A stretch of DNA of 63,841 nucleotides, the filler included, from Conidiobolus incongruus B7586 (taxonomy: Eukaryota): the NCBI GenBank assembly GCA_000697335.1. It is 6 parts of 6 records of this genome, joined end to end, with 100 filler letters (N's around TTAATTAATTAA, not from the genome) between each part and the next. Parts side by side here need not be neighbours in the genome. Positions count along the whole stretch, not along the records: positions 1 to 30,433 come from JNEM01006086.1; positions 30,534 to 39,245 come from JNEM01006091.1; 4 more parts are not named here. One strand, written 5' to 3'. A program made the translations under genes and the position numbers. Shown here piece after piece: positions 25,050-38,740 of the stretch. The first letter of the stretch is position 1, and each line of letters begins with the position of its first letter. The notes under the pieces are model-generated. The model was not told the origin of the DNA and searched no databases. It saw only the letters and a program-made list of their open reading frames with translations.

Positions 25050-28000
25050 GACTCTTTTGTTATTTATTTATTTATTTATACTAAAACACTATCATTATAA
25101 ATTATTACAAATTATAAATATAGTGGTAAATATTAATATAATATAGAGGAAAACTTAATATAAGAGTAATGTGATATAGAATATAGTACTATAATATGGT
25201 TATAGTGTGCAAATATAAACAAAGTTTAATTAAGCTTCAAACTAGGATGAGTACCTAATATATTAAGATTTATATTAGGTAGTACCAATATATTATAATA
25301 TTAATAAGATATAGTTTTAATTTTAAAAATAGTGAAAAGGATAAGAAATAATAAGAATTGAGAAGAAAAAGAAAAACCTAGTTTATTAAATATTTCAATA
25401 TTATTTATATAATTAATTTAACTATAAAAGTATATATTAATCATATAATTTATAGTCAATTAAATTATATGAAAGTATATATAAGAATTAAAAGAACTAG
25501 TCTTTTAATACTCCTTTAGTAAATTTCTTAAAATAGACACACTTTTTAGATTTTTATAAATAGGTATAATAAGCTAAAATATTTTTAATATTTTCTAAAG
25601 GTTCTTATATAATTACTTTAATAAAATAACCTATTTATTTTATATAGAAATAAAGCTTATTCCTAATAAATTTCAATTTAATTATATAATCAACATAGTA
25701 TTCTTTTTCTCTATCTTAATTAATAATTAAATCTAATTTTAAAGCCTTTAATTGATTAAGAAAAATATTAAAATCTTCAAAGTAAAGTTTGATTTTAGAT
25801 ATATAAAAGGTGAAGTTAATTTTTACAATTAAATATAATTCTAAAGTAATATTTTCAAAATTTAAATTAATAGATTAAATTTTATAAAGATTATAATATA
25901 ATAGCAAGTATTTTAGACTTTAGTTAAATTTAAATAAGATAGGTTTAAAGGTAAATTATTATAAATATACAAACATATTAGTTTTATATTTAAAAAGATT
26001 CTTAGATAACTTTAAATATTGTTATTTTATATCCTTTTAAATTTCTTCCAAGTTAAATTTAATAAGGGAATTAATATATTTGATATTAGATTAAAATTCA
26101 ACAACATTTAAAAGTAAGTTAATTTAAAGTTTGAAAACAATTATTAAGTTAAAATATTTATTATAATAAATGAAATAAAGGTTAAAACTTATTAATTTGT
26201 TAATAAAAGTATTGAATAAATATTTATGTTGATAGATATAAGTATCTTAATTTAATTGATTAGTGTTAATATAATCTTTAATCATTTATTTTAAGGTTTT
26301 AATAATTTTTTCAATAAGTTTATTAGTTTAATAATGATTAATAGTAGATATAGTTAGATTAATCTTAAAGGATAAAGATAATAACTTTTAAAATTAAAAG
26401 TTAAATTATATATTTTATTAAATATAGTAATTTGTGGAATTTTATAATAGGTAAAGATATTAGAGAATAATAATTATATAATATCTTTAGTTATAAAAGT
26501 TTTGAAATTAAAAATAAAATAAACATATTTAAAAAATAAATCAATTACAATTAGTAAGTTATTATAACTAGTTGTTGTTTTAAAAATTTCTATAAAATCA
26601 AGTTAAATTTGTTATTAAGTTTTATTAAAAACTTATAGGGGAATAAGTTTACTATATTTTATTTAGGTATTATATTTAATTCTTTAGTATATATCATAAG
26701 TATTAGTGTATTTCTAAATTAATTTAATTAAAAAGAGTTAGTAATTTTTATTTTAATTCTCTTATTAGTTTTTAACTAGCTTTAATATCCTTTAATAAGT
26801 AAGTTATAATAATTATTAAATATTGTTTATTAAATCTTAAGAATATTAGGGATATTTACAATTATTATAATATAGTAAGTTATTAATGATTTTAAATCTT
26901 TTAACATATTTTAATTAATTTTTTAATAGTTTAGACAGTTTTTTTTAATTAAAATAAAGAAATTGTTATTTAGTAGTATTTTTTAAAATAATTTAATAAA
27001 TTTTTTATTTTCTTTATTAATAATCATTAAGTTAATATTTATTGGGTTTTTATAATTAAAATAAAAAGATAAATATGTAAGATTTTTTAATAAAGTATTT
27101 ACCATATAATTTTATTAACCTAAGAAATATTAAATAAACAAAAAATAAGCTTAGATAATTTTAATTTATTTAATATATTTTCTTAATAAATACTTTTAAG
27201 TATTTAAGTAAATAAGTAATTTATAGTTTATAAATATTAAAAAAAGGTTGTAAAATAAGAAATGTAAATGATTTTTAATTATTTCTACTAAGGTAAAAAT
27301 TTCTTATTTATAAACTCAATATTTTAATTCAACTAGCTTTATTTTTTTTAATTAGAAGGTTATAAGCTTTAAAATAATATTTATAAAGTTAAACTTAACT
27401 TATTCTCCCTTATTTATTATTTTATCTTATAGTTAAAAGATAAAATATAAATTAAATTTAAATTAAATTAACTATCTATTAATTATAAAAGAATTAAAAT
27501 TAATAATAATAATTGTTGGTAGTTTAAGATTAAAAATAAATAAAGTAAAAACATTAGTAATATAGAAAATTAAAGCATTTATATAAAAAGTATATAGTAA
27601 GGTTTATTTAAAAAGAGAGTTTTTTCTTAAGAAATTAATTAGAGGAGTTATAAGTTTAACAAAAAAATCAATGAAATCTTTAAAGTAATTTAATAATTTA
27701 AGTGTAAATATAAGTTGATCTTTGTTTATAAGCATAGTAAAAGTTTTTATACCATTGAGTTTAGTTAGATTAATGTTAATTCTTTAAGAAGATATAATAT
27801 AACTATAGAAGGAGATAGAAGAGGTACTAAAAATATATTTTGATAATTTTAAAGGTAATTTGTATTTTTGAATAATTTATAAAATATAATTAGTATGTTA
27901 AATATATTCTTCTTTAATTTTTGAATAAATTAAAATATTATTAAGATAAATAATAATAAAGTTATTAAAAATAAAGTTAAAAAGGGAATTGATAAATTAA

Positions 28001-30433
28001 GTAAAAGTTACAAGAATATTATATAATCTAAAGTTTATAATAGTAAATTTATAATAGTTTAGTAAAGTATTGAAAGTACTTAAAAGAATAGAATTTTCTT
28101 TAACTTTAATGTTATAATAATTATTTCTAACATTTAATTTAGTAAATATAATAGATTTAAGTAGTTTATCTTTAATATCATATAGGTTTAATAATAAAGT
28201 TTTATCCTTAATAGTTTTAAAGTTTAAAATATAATTATTAATATATAATTTTTAAATTCTATTAACCTTTTGTATAAAGAAGATAAGAGATTTTTATAGT
28301 AAAGAAAAAAGTTTAATATATTTATTTTCAAGTAATTTTTAAATTTCTTTTTTTAAAATTTAATATTATTTAAGAGATAAATGATAAGTAAGCTTTAAGT
28401 ATAATTGTATATCTAAGAAAAGTATAATTTTATATTTAATATTATGTTTAAGAGGTAATCTACTTATAAATTTAAAAACATTAGCAAATTAACTTACTAT
28501 ATTGTTTAAAAAGTGGTTATTAGTTATAACTTTATTGAAATCAACAAATAAAGTACTAATAAATTAATAATAAATAAATACATATCTTTATAAATTATTA
28601 AAGTTTTTAATTAGTTTTTTACATTAGTTTTTATTTATAATAATAAAATTATTTAACATAATTATAAAACTAATATTAGGTAAAATATTTAATAATTTTA
28701 TAGTAAGGTAATATAAATTTTTTGAGATTAATTCTATTAATTTCTTTTAAATACAAAAAAAAATTTATAACCTTTTAAAGTAATACTTATTGATAAATAA
28801 ACTATGGTATTTAAATTAATTTTAACCTAGTATAAAATTATAACTAATATTATTAACTAGGAATTTAATATATTAAAAATAGTTAAAAGATAATAATAAG
28901 TATTTAAATATAATATTAGATATTTGTTCTATTAAATTATTAGCATATTTAACTATTAAGTTGCTTTTTTAAATAGGTTAAAATAGTTTTATTATAATAA
29001 AAAAAAATTAATACAACTAGAACAAATAGGGTTAATTAGAATATTAATAGGTATATTAATAAAATATCTAGTTAAAACAAGTAATAAGATAATAATTAAA
29101 GGTAAAAAATTATAAGATAAATTAATTACTAGAATATTTTTAGTTTCTAGTAGTTTAATCAGTTAAATTTCACTAATATATATAATTTAATTTGTAGAAT
29201 TATTAGTCTATTAGAATTTTTATGGATTAAATTAAAATCTACTAATTAATTATAAAAGAAATGATTTTAAAGTAATATTAATATTATTGAAGTTTAATTT
29301 ATAATTAGTAAATTAAGATTATTGAGAATTAAATAGATGTTATTTCTAAAAAAAATACTTATCAACTTTATAATTAACCTGTGTTTTTTAATAATAGTAG
29401 CAACTTCTATTTACTCTTAAATAAGCTTTAACTTCTTTATTAAAAGTTTCTTTATAAACCTTTAAAGCAGAAATATTTATTATTTAAGACTTAAATAGAT
29501 TAAAATATATTTTAAAGGATTAATTCTTAAGATAAAAAGATTAAGTTATAAAATAAAAGATATTATCAATTATAATTATTATATTATAAATATTAAAAAA
29601 AACATATTTTTAAAATATTCCCTATTAATTAATTAGAGTTTTATTTAAAAGTTTAAGCATTATAATAACTTATAGATTTATTCTTCTTTAGTGATATTTA
29701 ATATATTTAAATATATCTTATTGAATTTTTCAATTAATTACCTTATAAATATTCTTTATTTAAATTAAAAAAGCTTTTTTTTTGTAAATTAAACTTAATT
29801 TTTTAGGCAATACCTTTCTTTAAAAGACTTTTGTAATTATTTAAAGGTTTATATTTTTATAGTAGGTTATCCCCTTAAAAACTTTTAGGAATAAGTTTGT
29901 AATAAGTTAATTATTAAATATAAGTAGATTTTTCTAAAAAAAAATAGTTAATTTAAGGATATTTTTTAAATCTTTATTAAGAATTAGGTTAAGATAATTC
30001 TTTATATTTTTAAGATAGTTTTTAAGTTTATAGAGGTTTTTAAAACTATTATAAATAGTTAGTTTATCTTCAAAAATACTAAAAAAATAGTTTAATATAT
30101 TAATTATAGTAAAATAAGTAGTTTATTAGATTTAAGCTTTATAAATTATGTTTTTCTTAACTAAAAGTTATTTAATATAAGTTTTTTAAAAGGTAACAAG
30201 CTTTTAAAGATTAAAGTTTTAGTTTTATTTAGTAATTAAACTATTATTATGAAAATAATATAAAGGTATTTCTTTTTTTAGTAGTATTATAGTGTATAAT
30301 ATTAAATTAAAGTAAAATAAGATATAAATAGAATTTAAAATAGTAATAAATAAATTTGATATAGGTAATTATTAATTCCTAGTAGGTTTTTAGTAGTGTT
30401 ATTATTGTTACTATATAAGTATAGTAGTAAATA
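25050..30433 (-). mobile_element. Hypermutated Ty3/Gypsy LTR retrotransposon gag-pol relic
   Basis: Minus strand at about 27980-28260 reads IKDKTLLLNLYDIKDKLLKSIIFTKLNVRNNYYNIKVKENSILLSTFNTLLNYYKFTIINFRLYNILVTF, which is Gypsy RT (FTKLDxRxGYH..TPxGHYEFxVMxFGLxNAPATF) after transitions. I*YFLG**NYMVNTLLKN near 27080-27140 matches the RNase H end (IxYxPGxxNxxADALSR). Boundaries approximate; cut by a gap. Confidence 0.85.
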
Positions 30434-30533
30434 NNNNNNNNNNNNNNNNNNNNNNNNNNNNNNNNNNNNNNNNNNNNTTAATTAATTAANNNNNNNNNNN
30501 NNNNNNNNNNNNNNNNNNNNNNNNNNNNNNNNN
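30434..30533. other. Artificial scaffold linker N44-TTAATTAATTAA-N44 (also 39246-39345, 45486-45585, 54724-54823, 62278-62377)
   Basis: Identical 100-bp structure occurs five times. TTAATTAATTAA gives stops in all six frames. Confidence 0.97.
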
Positions 30534-30785
30534 AAGTGCGGGCGAACCTAACCCACCGGCACCAACTACCAATACCTTTGAATTCTTTAATTTCAACTGA
30601 CCTGCCAATCGTATTTCGGGTAGAATTAACTGTCTACCATATCGTTTGATTTCTTCATTTGTCAAAAACTCCGCATTGATAATTGCTTGAGTAGGTTCTG
30701 GTAGTTTTCCGTAAAGTTTTTCGTATTGGTCCAATTTTTGCTTTAATAGTAAATTTTCTTGTTTTAATTTGTCTATTTCATCCAT
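30534..30785 (-). CDS. UBA4: Adenylyltransferase/sulfurtransferase Uba4/MOCS3, N-terminal part, truncated by gap
   Basis: [44 protein letters not shown] with an N-terminal coiled coil. Confidence 0.9.
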
Positions 30786-31720
30786 ATTTATATTATTGGA
30801 ATTTTTGTTGGAGGAGGGTCAATTAGGCATGATTAAATAATTGTTAGGCTTTGAATTAAATTAATGGGATTAATTGAAATTATTGAAATTATTAAAATTT
30901 TTGATATATCAAATTTTATTTATTCAAGGATGAGAATTTTATACAAATCGTATTATTCAACATATTATTTTTTGAATTATTTTTATGAATTTATGTAATG
31001 ATTATTCCTTTAAAATATTAATAAAAATTGGGTTTTCAAATAAATAATTTTTTCAAAATATTAATTTCAAATTAATTTTCCTTGAAAAATGAACTGGTTA
31101 GATTGAATATACCTAGTGTGTTTGAAAAGCTGTTAGAGTTCATATTTAAAAAAATCTTTATAAGGTTAATATCATTGAGTTCAAATGTTCATTCCAATAA
31201 CTATTTTATAATATTTTTATATTATCATTATTGCTACATATTTCCCAATTTAGACTTCATTAAAATTAATTTATCCAATGGTTTAAAGTCTATTTTCTTA
31301 TACTTAAATACCACTTTATCAATCATAATTATTTCACTCAAATTTTAATATTATTGTGAATGATTGTAAGTGATCAAATCATTTATCTTATTTATTATAT
31401 ACATAATACAATTAACCAGGAGAATTTCAACAAAAAATAAAATGACTAAATATTACAAAATTTTAAGTTTTATTTGTTGAACAAAAAGCATCTATTAAGA
31501 TATCATTTAATACAAAACATTCTATATCAACTATTCTTAAAAATCTCTAAATAATAACTAATGGCAAAGGATTTTCATAGTATAATTTTATAAACTGGTT
31601 TAATCAACTTAAAGTTAGGTGGTCTGATATAAAAGACTTACCTTATTTAAATTATTTTAAATTTATAACTAATTAAAATAATATTTCAAATATCACTTAT
31701 ATACTTGAGTAAAGAAACTA

Positions 31721-33035
31721 TTACCATAAAATTAAACAAATGGGAAATTTTTTAAATTTCTGATTTTTCAAACATATTATTAGTTTTAAATAAAAAAAAA
31801 TATACAAAATAAATAAGAAAATAAATAGCTTTGAATTAGATATATATATATAATAATTTTTTTGATTAAAAAATTAATTTTTTAAAATTAATTGTTTAAT
31901 TTAATTATATTTAAACTAAATAGTAACTATCAAAAGTATTTTATTTTAATATTAGTAAAACTTAACCACAAACTCTTTAAAATCATTTAAAATTTATAAG
32001 CAGCTTTTAATAATAAAGTATTATCTAAATTAACAATTTATTGCTAGGTAAATTATTTTAAAGTTAAGAGACAAACTACCTAAAACCTGTTAAAATCTAG
32101 AAAACTAATTTTAACTATTATTTTTTTAATTATTAATGAAGTAAAAAAATATATTGAAAAGTATCTTTTTATTTTAGTTAAAGAATTATCAAGATATTTT
32201 AATATTAGTTACATAAGTATTTTATATATATTAAAGTTTAAATTAAAATTAATTAATAATAATATAAAATAGGTACTTTATAATTTAATTAAAGTTTAAA
32301 AAAAAGCTAGAGTAGCTATTGCTAAACAAAACTTACTAAGGTATAGTTAGAAACTAAAACTTTTATAGTAAATTATTATAATTAATAAATTTTAGATTCT
32401 TTTGTATAATCTTTTATTAAAACATAAATTAAAGTGTTAGATTAAGTTAAATCAACCCTTTTTATAAATTCCTTTAAATAAATATTTTATTAATAAGCAA
32501 ATATTAATTGTTGTAATAAATTATAATAGCATATACTATTTTTATTTAGTTTTTAAAAGAAAATCAATTAATAATAAACTTTATATTTCTTTTTTAAATA
32601 AAATTATATCTAATTGGTATTTTTAATATAATTTAAGAAAACCTATTATTTTACATGATAATTATAAAATATATAAATCTAAAGTTGTAAAAAACTTTTT
32701 AATTAAAAATAACTAGAAAAAACTACTACATCTAGTATATTCTTTAGATTATAACTTATGTAATTATAATTGTTTTAGGCAATTAAAAAACTAGCTTACA
32801 AGAAAGAAAATTTTTACAAGAAAATTTAATTAGTTTGTGGAATATCAAATTTTAGTCTTTAATAAAAAGAACTATTTTTTAGGTGTTAGATCTTTGCTAA
32901 AAGTATAACAAAAAGTTATTAGAAATAAATAAAATCAATAATTTTATAATATATATTTATTTTTCTTTTTTATATATTAAAATGTTTACTTTTTTTCAAT
33001 TACAAAAAATTCCCATTATTTAAATTACAAAGTAA
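31721..33035 (+). mobile_element. Mariner element copy A, full length, heavily C>T/G>A mutated
   Basis: Colinear with copy B (40129-41448), e.g. KPIILHDNYKIY...LLHLVYSLDYNLCNYNCF. TIRs TTACCATAAAATTAAACAAATGGGAAATTTTT / AAAAAATTCCCATTATTTAAATTACAAAGTAA flanked by TA. Length 1315 bp. Confidence 0.88.
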
Positions 33036-33747
33036 TATAATTATATTTAAATAAAAAAATTTTGAATTTTTATTTTGATTATATATTTAAAAATTATAAT
33101 TTCAAATAATAATTATAAAATATATACTGAATTAAAGCTGCAATAAGTTTTTATATAAAAACTACAATATTTAATATATTTATTATATTATAACATATTT
33201 ATTTATATTTGATCTATTTAATAAAAAATATATTTATAAATAAAAACTTTTAAAATTAATATTAATAAATTTATATATTATCAATTTTAATCTTTAATAA
33301 AAAAAATTAATTTTTTAGATATTACAAGTTTATTAAAAGTATAGAGTTATTAATAATAAAAGGAGGATTTATTTCAATATATATATTTATATTAGTTTAT
33401 TATATATAAAAATTAATTTAAATTTGATTTTATAAATAGGTTATTATTTAATTTCTAGAGTAAAAATTAAAGAATTGAAAAAATAACAAAATGATTACAA
33501 ATTATAATGTGTAATATTAAAAATTAAGAAAAATGATTGAAATATTATACAATATATAGATTGTGCAAAGTCAAAAACACACCTTGAAAATAGTAATAAG
33601 TGGAATATTTAATATATAATGTTATGATAAATACAGATCTAAATGTCTAACTATTGAAAATATATAACATTCAAATTCCAAATCAATTTAAGTCATAATT
33701 GATCAATGTTAATGAAGCTAGATATTGTTGTAAATATAGGCCAATAT

Positions 33748-34067
33748 TGTGGTTACATAAATGGTAACCCGCACGACCAACTTCGTCTCGCGGTCTATTA
33801 CCTTATGGAGCATTAACCCCAAAAGGCCTATCACACCAGTTCAAGGTCTCATTCTTCTAGCAGCCCAATACACTTCTTTACACTACCTACAGCCGTCAAT
33901 TGGTCTATAAAAGATATATTATCATCATCACTTCTGTTCTCCTGTGAAGCCCATTAAACCCTTAACAAACGCCAATAAAATACCCTAACCCAAACTACCA
34001 AATAGGCCAATAACAAGCCGTTTCCTCGTCTATTATTAAGGATCTACTAGCGATCGGTAGAACCATA
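33748..34067 (+). mobile_element. Probable solo LTR (320 bp)
   Basis: GC-richer island with inverted ends TGTGGTT...AACCATA, ATAT 4-bp direct repeats on both sides, internal TATAAAA and downstream AATAAA. Confidence 0.65.
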
Positions 34068-35593
34068 ATATGTATTAAAGTGAAAATTTTCAATTAAATA
34101 TCTAATTACAAGTTCAAAATTTATTATATTAATTAATTTATAAACAGTTAATATAATAGGTAAATAAAATTATTCTTCTTGAATTCAATACTAACACCAA
34201 ATATAATTGTAATTATTAACTCAATATTCTCATTGTAACAATAATATATTATAAAAATTGACAGTGTTTATAAGAAAATAGAGTTATTATTACTTAATAA
34301 TATCCAACTAGCTCACATTTTAAGAATACTAAAGCAGTGTGATAGTTACTTTTCAATTAAAATACCCTAATACAAATATGATATGTTTGTTTTTACCCTC
34401 AATTTTTATTAACTATAATATTTTTTTGACTAAAAGTTTAATAATGCGAATTTCTCCTATTTTACAAATTTATATTAACCCTTAATTTGATATTTATTAT
34501 TTAATAAATATTTTAAGTTGAATTAATTAGAGTAGAGTTGAAAATTAAAAAATAGTTAATTTTTTTAACTATAATAAGGATTTGACAGGTAATAGTTGAT
34601 AGAGTATTTGTTATAATATTTAATAATTGATAACATTTAGATTTTTCTTGTGTTTGTAATTTAATTTTTTGACTATGTATATTAAGAACAAGTTCTGTGA
34701 TAATGAATTACTAGATTGATCGTTTAATTAACCCTTAAACATCAATTGATTAAAAATTTTGAATAGTTTCGGAAATCTTTTACTTTTAGTAGATAGTATT
34801 ATTTAAAATAAAGTGTAGTTTAACATAATAAATTTCGTTAGGAACTTCACAATCAAAATTTTTTGATTTCATTAAACTCAGATTGGCAAATATTTTTACA
34901 GTCTGAGTTTGGATCAGATGTTTAAAAAAAATCTCTCGATTTATGTTTTCATAAATTCCGCATTACTCAAATTTCACCCGATTTTAATTCAACCAATAGG
35001 CTAAATGGATTCATAAACGAGCGTTTTGATTAGAAATTTTTATTCCTTTCTTGTTTTGGTAACTTCGGGCTTTAGAGTTTTTCTACGCCTACTTATAAAA
35101 GAAATATCGATATTTGACACTAGTGAAAAAAGGATTGTAGACAAATTTAAAATTAAAAAAAATTAAGAAATCGATTGGTATTCTATTTAGGTAACATTAG
35201 AGTGAGCTAAGTCAAACCACTCTACCAACATTACTAAATATTCAACCAATCAAATACACTAATTGAATATTGAATTACGGCTTATTGATTCATTAATCAA
35301 AAGTAAAATTCTTGGGTCAAATTAATCATTGAATGATTAAGAAAATCTAATTTTTTTTTGCATTTTTATGAATGTAATTTTTATATAAATATATTTACAT
35401 CATTCTCATTGATGTAATCCCTCTTTTCAAGTCTTAGTTTCGTTTAATAGTCAATTCTTATTGATAGTCGTCCCTTTATAATCCCTTTAAGTCTAATTGA
35501 TTATTCAATATTTTTATCAATCCTTCCTATTTATTTGGACCCTTTCCTCACTTCGTCTCTTGTGCACACTTATTGAACTATTAGTTAGTACTT

Positions 35594-37300
35594 ATGGACC
35601 AATATACCATTTGTAAACAGGTGAATAGTGGTGCTTTTGGTCAAGTGTATAAAGCGATTGATAATAAAACTAACCAAGTGGTAATTTATTTTAAGCTATT
35701 TAATTTTATTTAATATTAACTTATAAAATTTAGGTTGCTATTAAAAAGATACATAAAAAATTATTCGATTTTAATCCCAAAGCTAATAATAGAGAAATTA
35801 AGGTATGTATTAAGAATTTCACTCTGTTAATAATGTATTAATATTATATTATAATAGGCTTTAAAGAATTTAAAACATAACAATTTAATTCAATGTCATA
35901 ATTTAATTACCAAAACCAATTGCATTTATTTTGTTTTTGAATATATGGAAGAGAATTTATTAGAATATTTAAATAATTTTAAAACCAACCTAATTCCATT
36001 AAACTTTATTCAGTATATTATTAAAGAAGTATGCCAAGGTTTAAATTATATGCACCAAAGCGGTTACTTTCATAGAGATTTAAAACCCGAGAATATACTG
36101 TTAAAAGGAAAAAGTATTAAAATTGCCGATTTTGGACTATGTAGAGAAGTTGATCTAAATAAAAAATTGACTAAGTATGTTAGTACAAGGTGGTATCGTG
36201 CTCCTGAGGTACTTCTGGGTTGTAAAGATTATGGCTGTCCCATTGATATTTGGGCTTTGGGGTGTATTATTACTGAACTAGTTTTGAGGAAACCTCTCTT
36301 ACCAGGTGATAATGAAATTGATCAGTTATACAAAATATGCTCAGTAATCGGTAGGCCTGATTGCGCAAATTCTCTTGGCGGATCTTGGGATTTGGGTGTG
36401 CAAATGGGCCTTGTCATGGGATATCGTTTCCCTTCAGTTGGTGATCCAACCCTGATTTATCAACTACAAATGTCGTATCCTCACATTACCAATGAATTGA
36501 TCCATCTAATCATTTCCACTCTCCAACTCGATCCACTCAAGCGACCTAAAGCTTGCGAATTACTTAGTCATCCCTGCCTAAACAATTTCCCTGTTCCCAT
36601 ATATGATCTGAAAACACCTGATATGAATCAAGTGCTTGATACCTCACTTCCTGACTTGCCCAATCATTCCCCTATGTCTAACAGCTTTATGGACAGCGAT
36701 CGATATAAATTATCACCAGCTATTTCCCATCCCGGCAGCTTCCAAAAAAGACAAATCAAGAGACGTCCTAACTGCGTATTTGACGTTTATAACCCAGACA
36801 GGACTCCTTCCAACTCCAGTTCCATTGTTGGAACTCCGAACTCCTCTACTCGATCACCTCAACTACGACGACTCTCTAATATTGATTCTTCCCAATTCGC
36901 ACATGCTAGACGCTTGTCAACTCAACTAGACTGGAAATTCACTGGCTGTCAAAGCGAAAAATTAAATCGAGTATCTCTTTACCATACGGATAAAATAGGC
37001 ACCCGAAGTCTACCTCGAAGTTTCCAGCCCAATCGATTTGATATGGGAATAAATCCGAAACCACCCAGTTCACTGGCCACAATGTTCCAGGACGTTATAC
37101 CATCTCAAGAGAAGGTTAAGTCAGTACAAATGGATAAATTTGATAGTTTGGCGCAAGAACTAATCCATCTCATGGAAGAAAAAATTGATTCAATCGGGTC
37201 GGAACCACTGTATGACCATTCCCTAGACATCAACGCATCTTCCAAAGACTCGAATTTCTTGCCTAACGGGTTAGGCTTGGAACTTTTCAAAGTATTGTAA
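35594..37300 (+). CDS. Ime2/MAK/ICK (RCK) family Ser/Thr kinase, 3 exons
   Basis: MDQYTICKQVNSGAFGQVY..|VAIKK..|..FVFEYMEENL, YFHRDLKPENIL, KIADFGLCRE, TKYVSTRWYRAPEVLL, PGDNEIDQLYKIC. Introns 35681-35733 and 35803-35858 approximately. Confidence 0.9.
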
Positions 37301-38706
37301 ATTAATATACAACGAACCCCAACACGTAAGTGTTTAACGCGAATTAAAAGATCATGAAATTAACGTTTATTAGGAACTCATCTCTTCCCAATTAGTCAAA
37401 AGCTATTGTAATTATATTTTTTACCAAAATTTACCCTTACCCAAATGTAAATTACACACTGTTATATTACTATATCTGAGTGTTATTAATCAATAACCGA
37501 ATTTTTTTCTATGTTGCTTAATAAACTCGTATATAAAAAATAAACATTATTTGTTGAGTAATAATTCAAGTTAATTCATGCAAATATTCTTGGGATTTAA
37601 TTTGAATCAGCTTTCGTCAGACTCAATTTTTGCAGCTCTATCTAATCTGGCGTAACTTATGGATAATATTTAAATTTATTTTTAGATATTGAATGAATGC
37701 AGATTCATGTCTAGATTATTAATAATTAACAATTTAAATTTATTATAATATGTATTATTTTATTTTATTGATAATAATATAATCTCTTAGGATATATAAA
37801 TAAGATTAAAGTGATTTAATTTTGAGTTTTTTAGATCTAGGCTAAAAATTTTAATTAAAATTAATTTCAATATACCATTAATACAATTAAAAGAATGAAA
37901 ACAAAAATTCTCAAAATCTTATGATAAATTAACAATCATTAACCTCCTAATTTCTCTTAAAATTTCAATTAATAATCAACTAGAAAACTAAAAAGATATG
38001 CAGATCTTTATTTTGTTAGACAATTTAATTATAAAATATGAAATCATTAAAGTTGAATTGAGATCATTCAACATTTTTCTTGGTAATTAATTTTAAAATT
38101 CTATTTTTGTGAATTTTAAAAAAAATTCTTTAACATGTGTTAAATATAATTATTTGGATATTATTTTTTTCTTTCATATTTTAATATAATTTAATCATGA
38201 TTATAATTTTAAATTGTTAATATTGATATTAAACAATTTTATTATATACATTTATAAATTGATCTAATTTAATAATCAATACCATTTCCCTAAAGTCTCA
38301 GATTTCTAATATAGTAAATACTCACACTCCTAATACATATTAGTGTAAATCCGTATAATTTACCAATCTCATCAATCCAAAGTACATAAATTTAAAATTA
38401 TTTAATTGACAAAAATAACTAAAATAAGACGTTTGTCAATAATGTTCCAGTTATTAACCACATGGTTGTAATGCCCCTTGGTGATATAATTATGCAGTTT
38501 TTTTAATTTGGATTCAATATGAAATTTGGTTAATGATTATAGGGTTATTCTTTTTGGTATTTAGTAATAATGTTAAGTATTATATATAAAATACTAATCA
38601 AACATAATATTTAGTGAAATTATAATTTAAAATATTTATATTTTATTTTATATATAATCTTTTTTTTAAAAATTTTAACTAAGAAATTATGAAAATAGAA
38701 AATATT

Positions 38707-38740
<34 letters not shown>

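Noticed and set aside
30478..30489. Recurrent TTAATTAATTAA motif as a biological element
   Set aside because: Always centred in N runs; it is an assembly linker. Gene adjacency across these gaps was therefore not interpreted.
33982..33992. CCCTAACCC as a telomerase RNA template
   Set aside because: Only a short match, and the surrounding island is better explained as a solo LTR (inverted ends, target duplication, TATA, AATAAA).
34874..34910. 12-bp hairpin and CCAAT boxes upstream of the kinase
   Set aside because: Short and compatible with ordinary promoter sequence; no further support.
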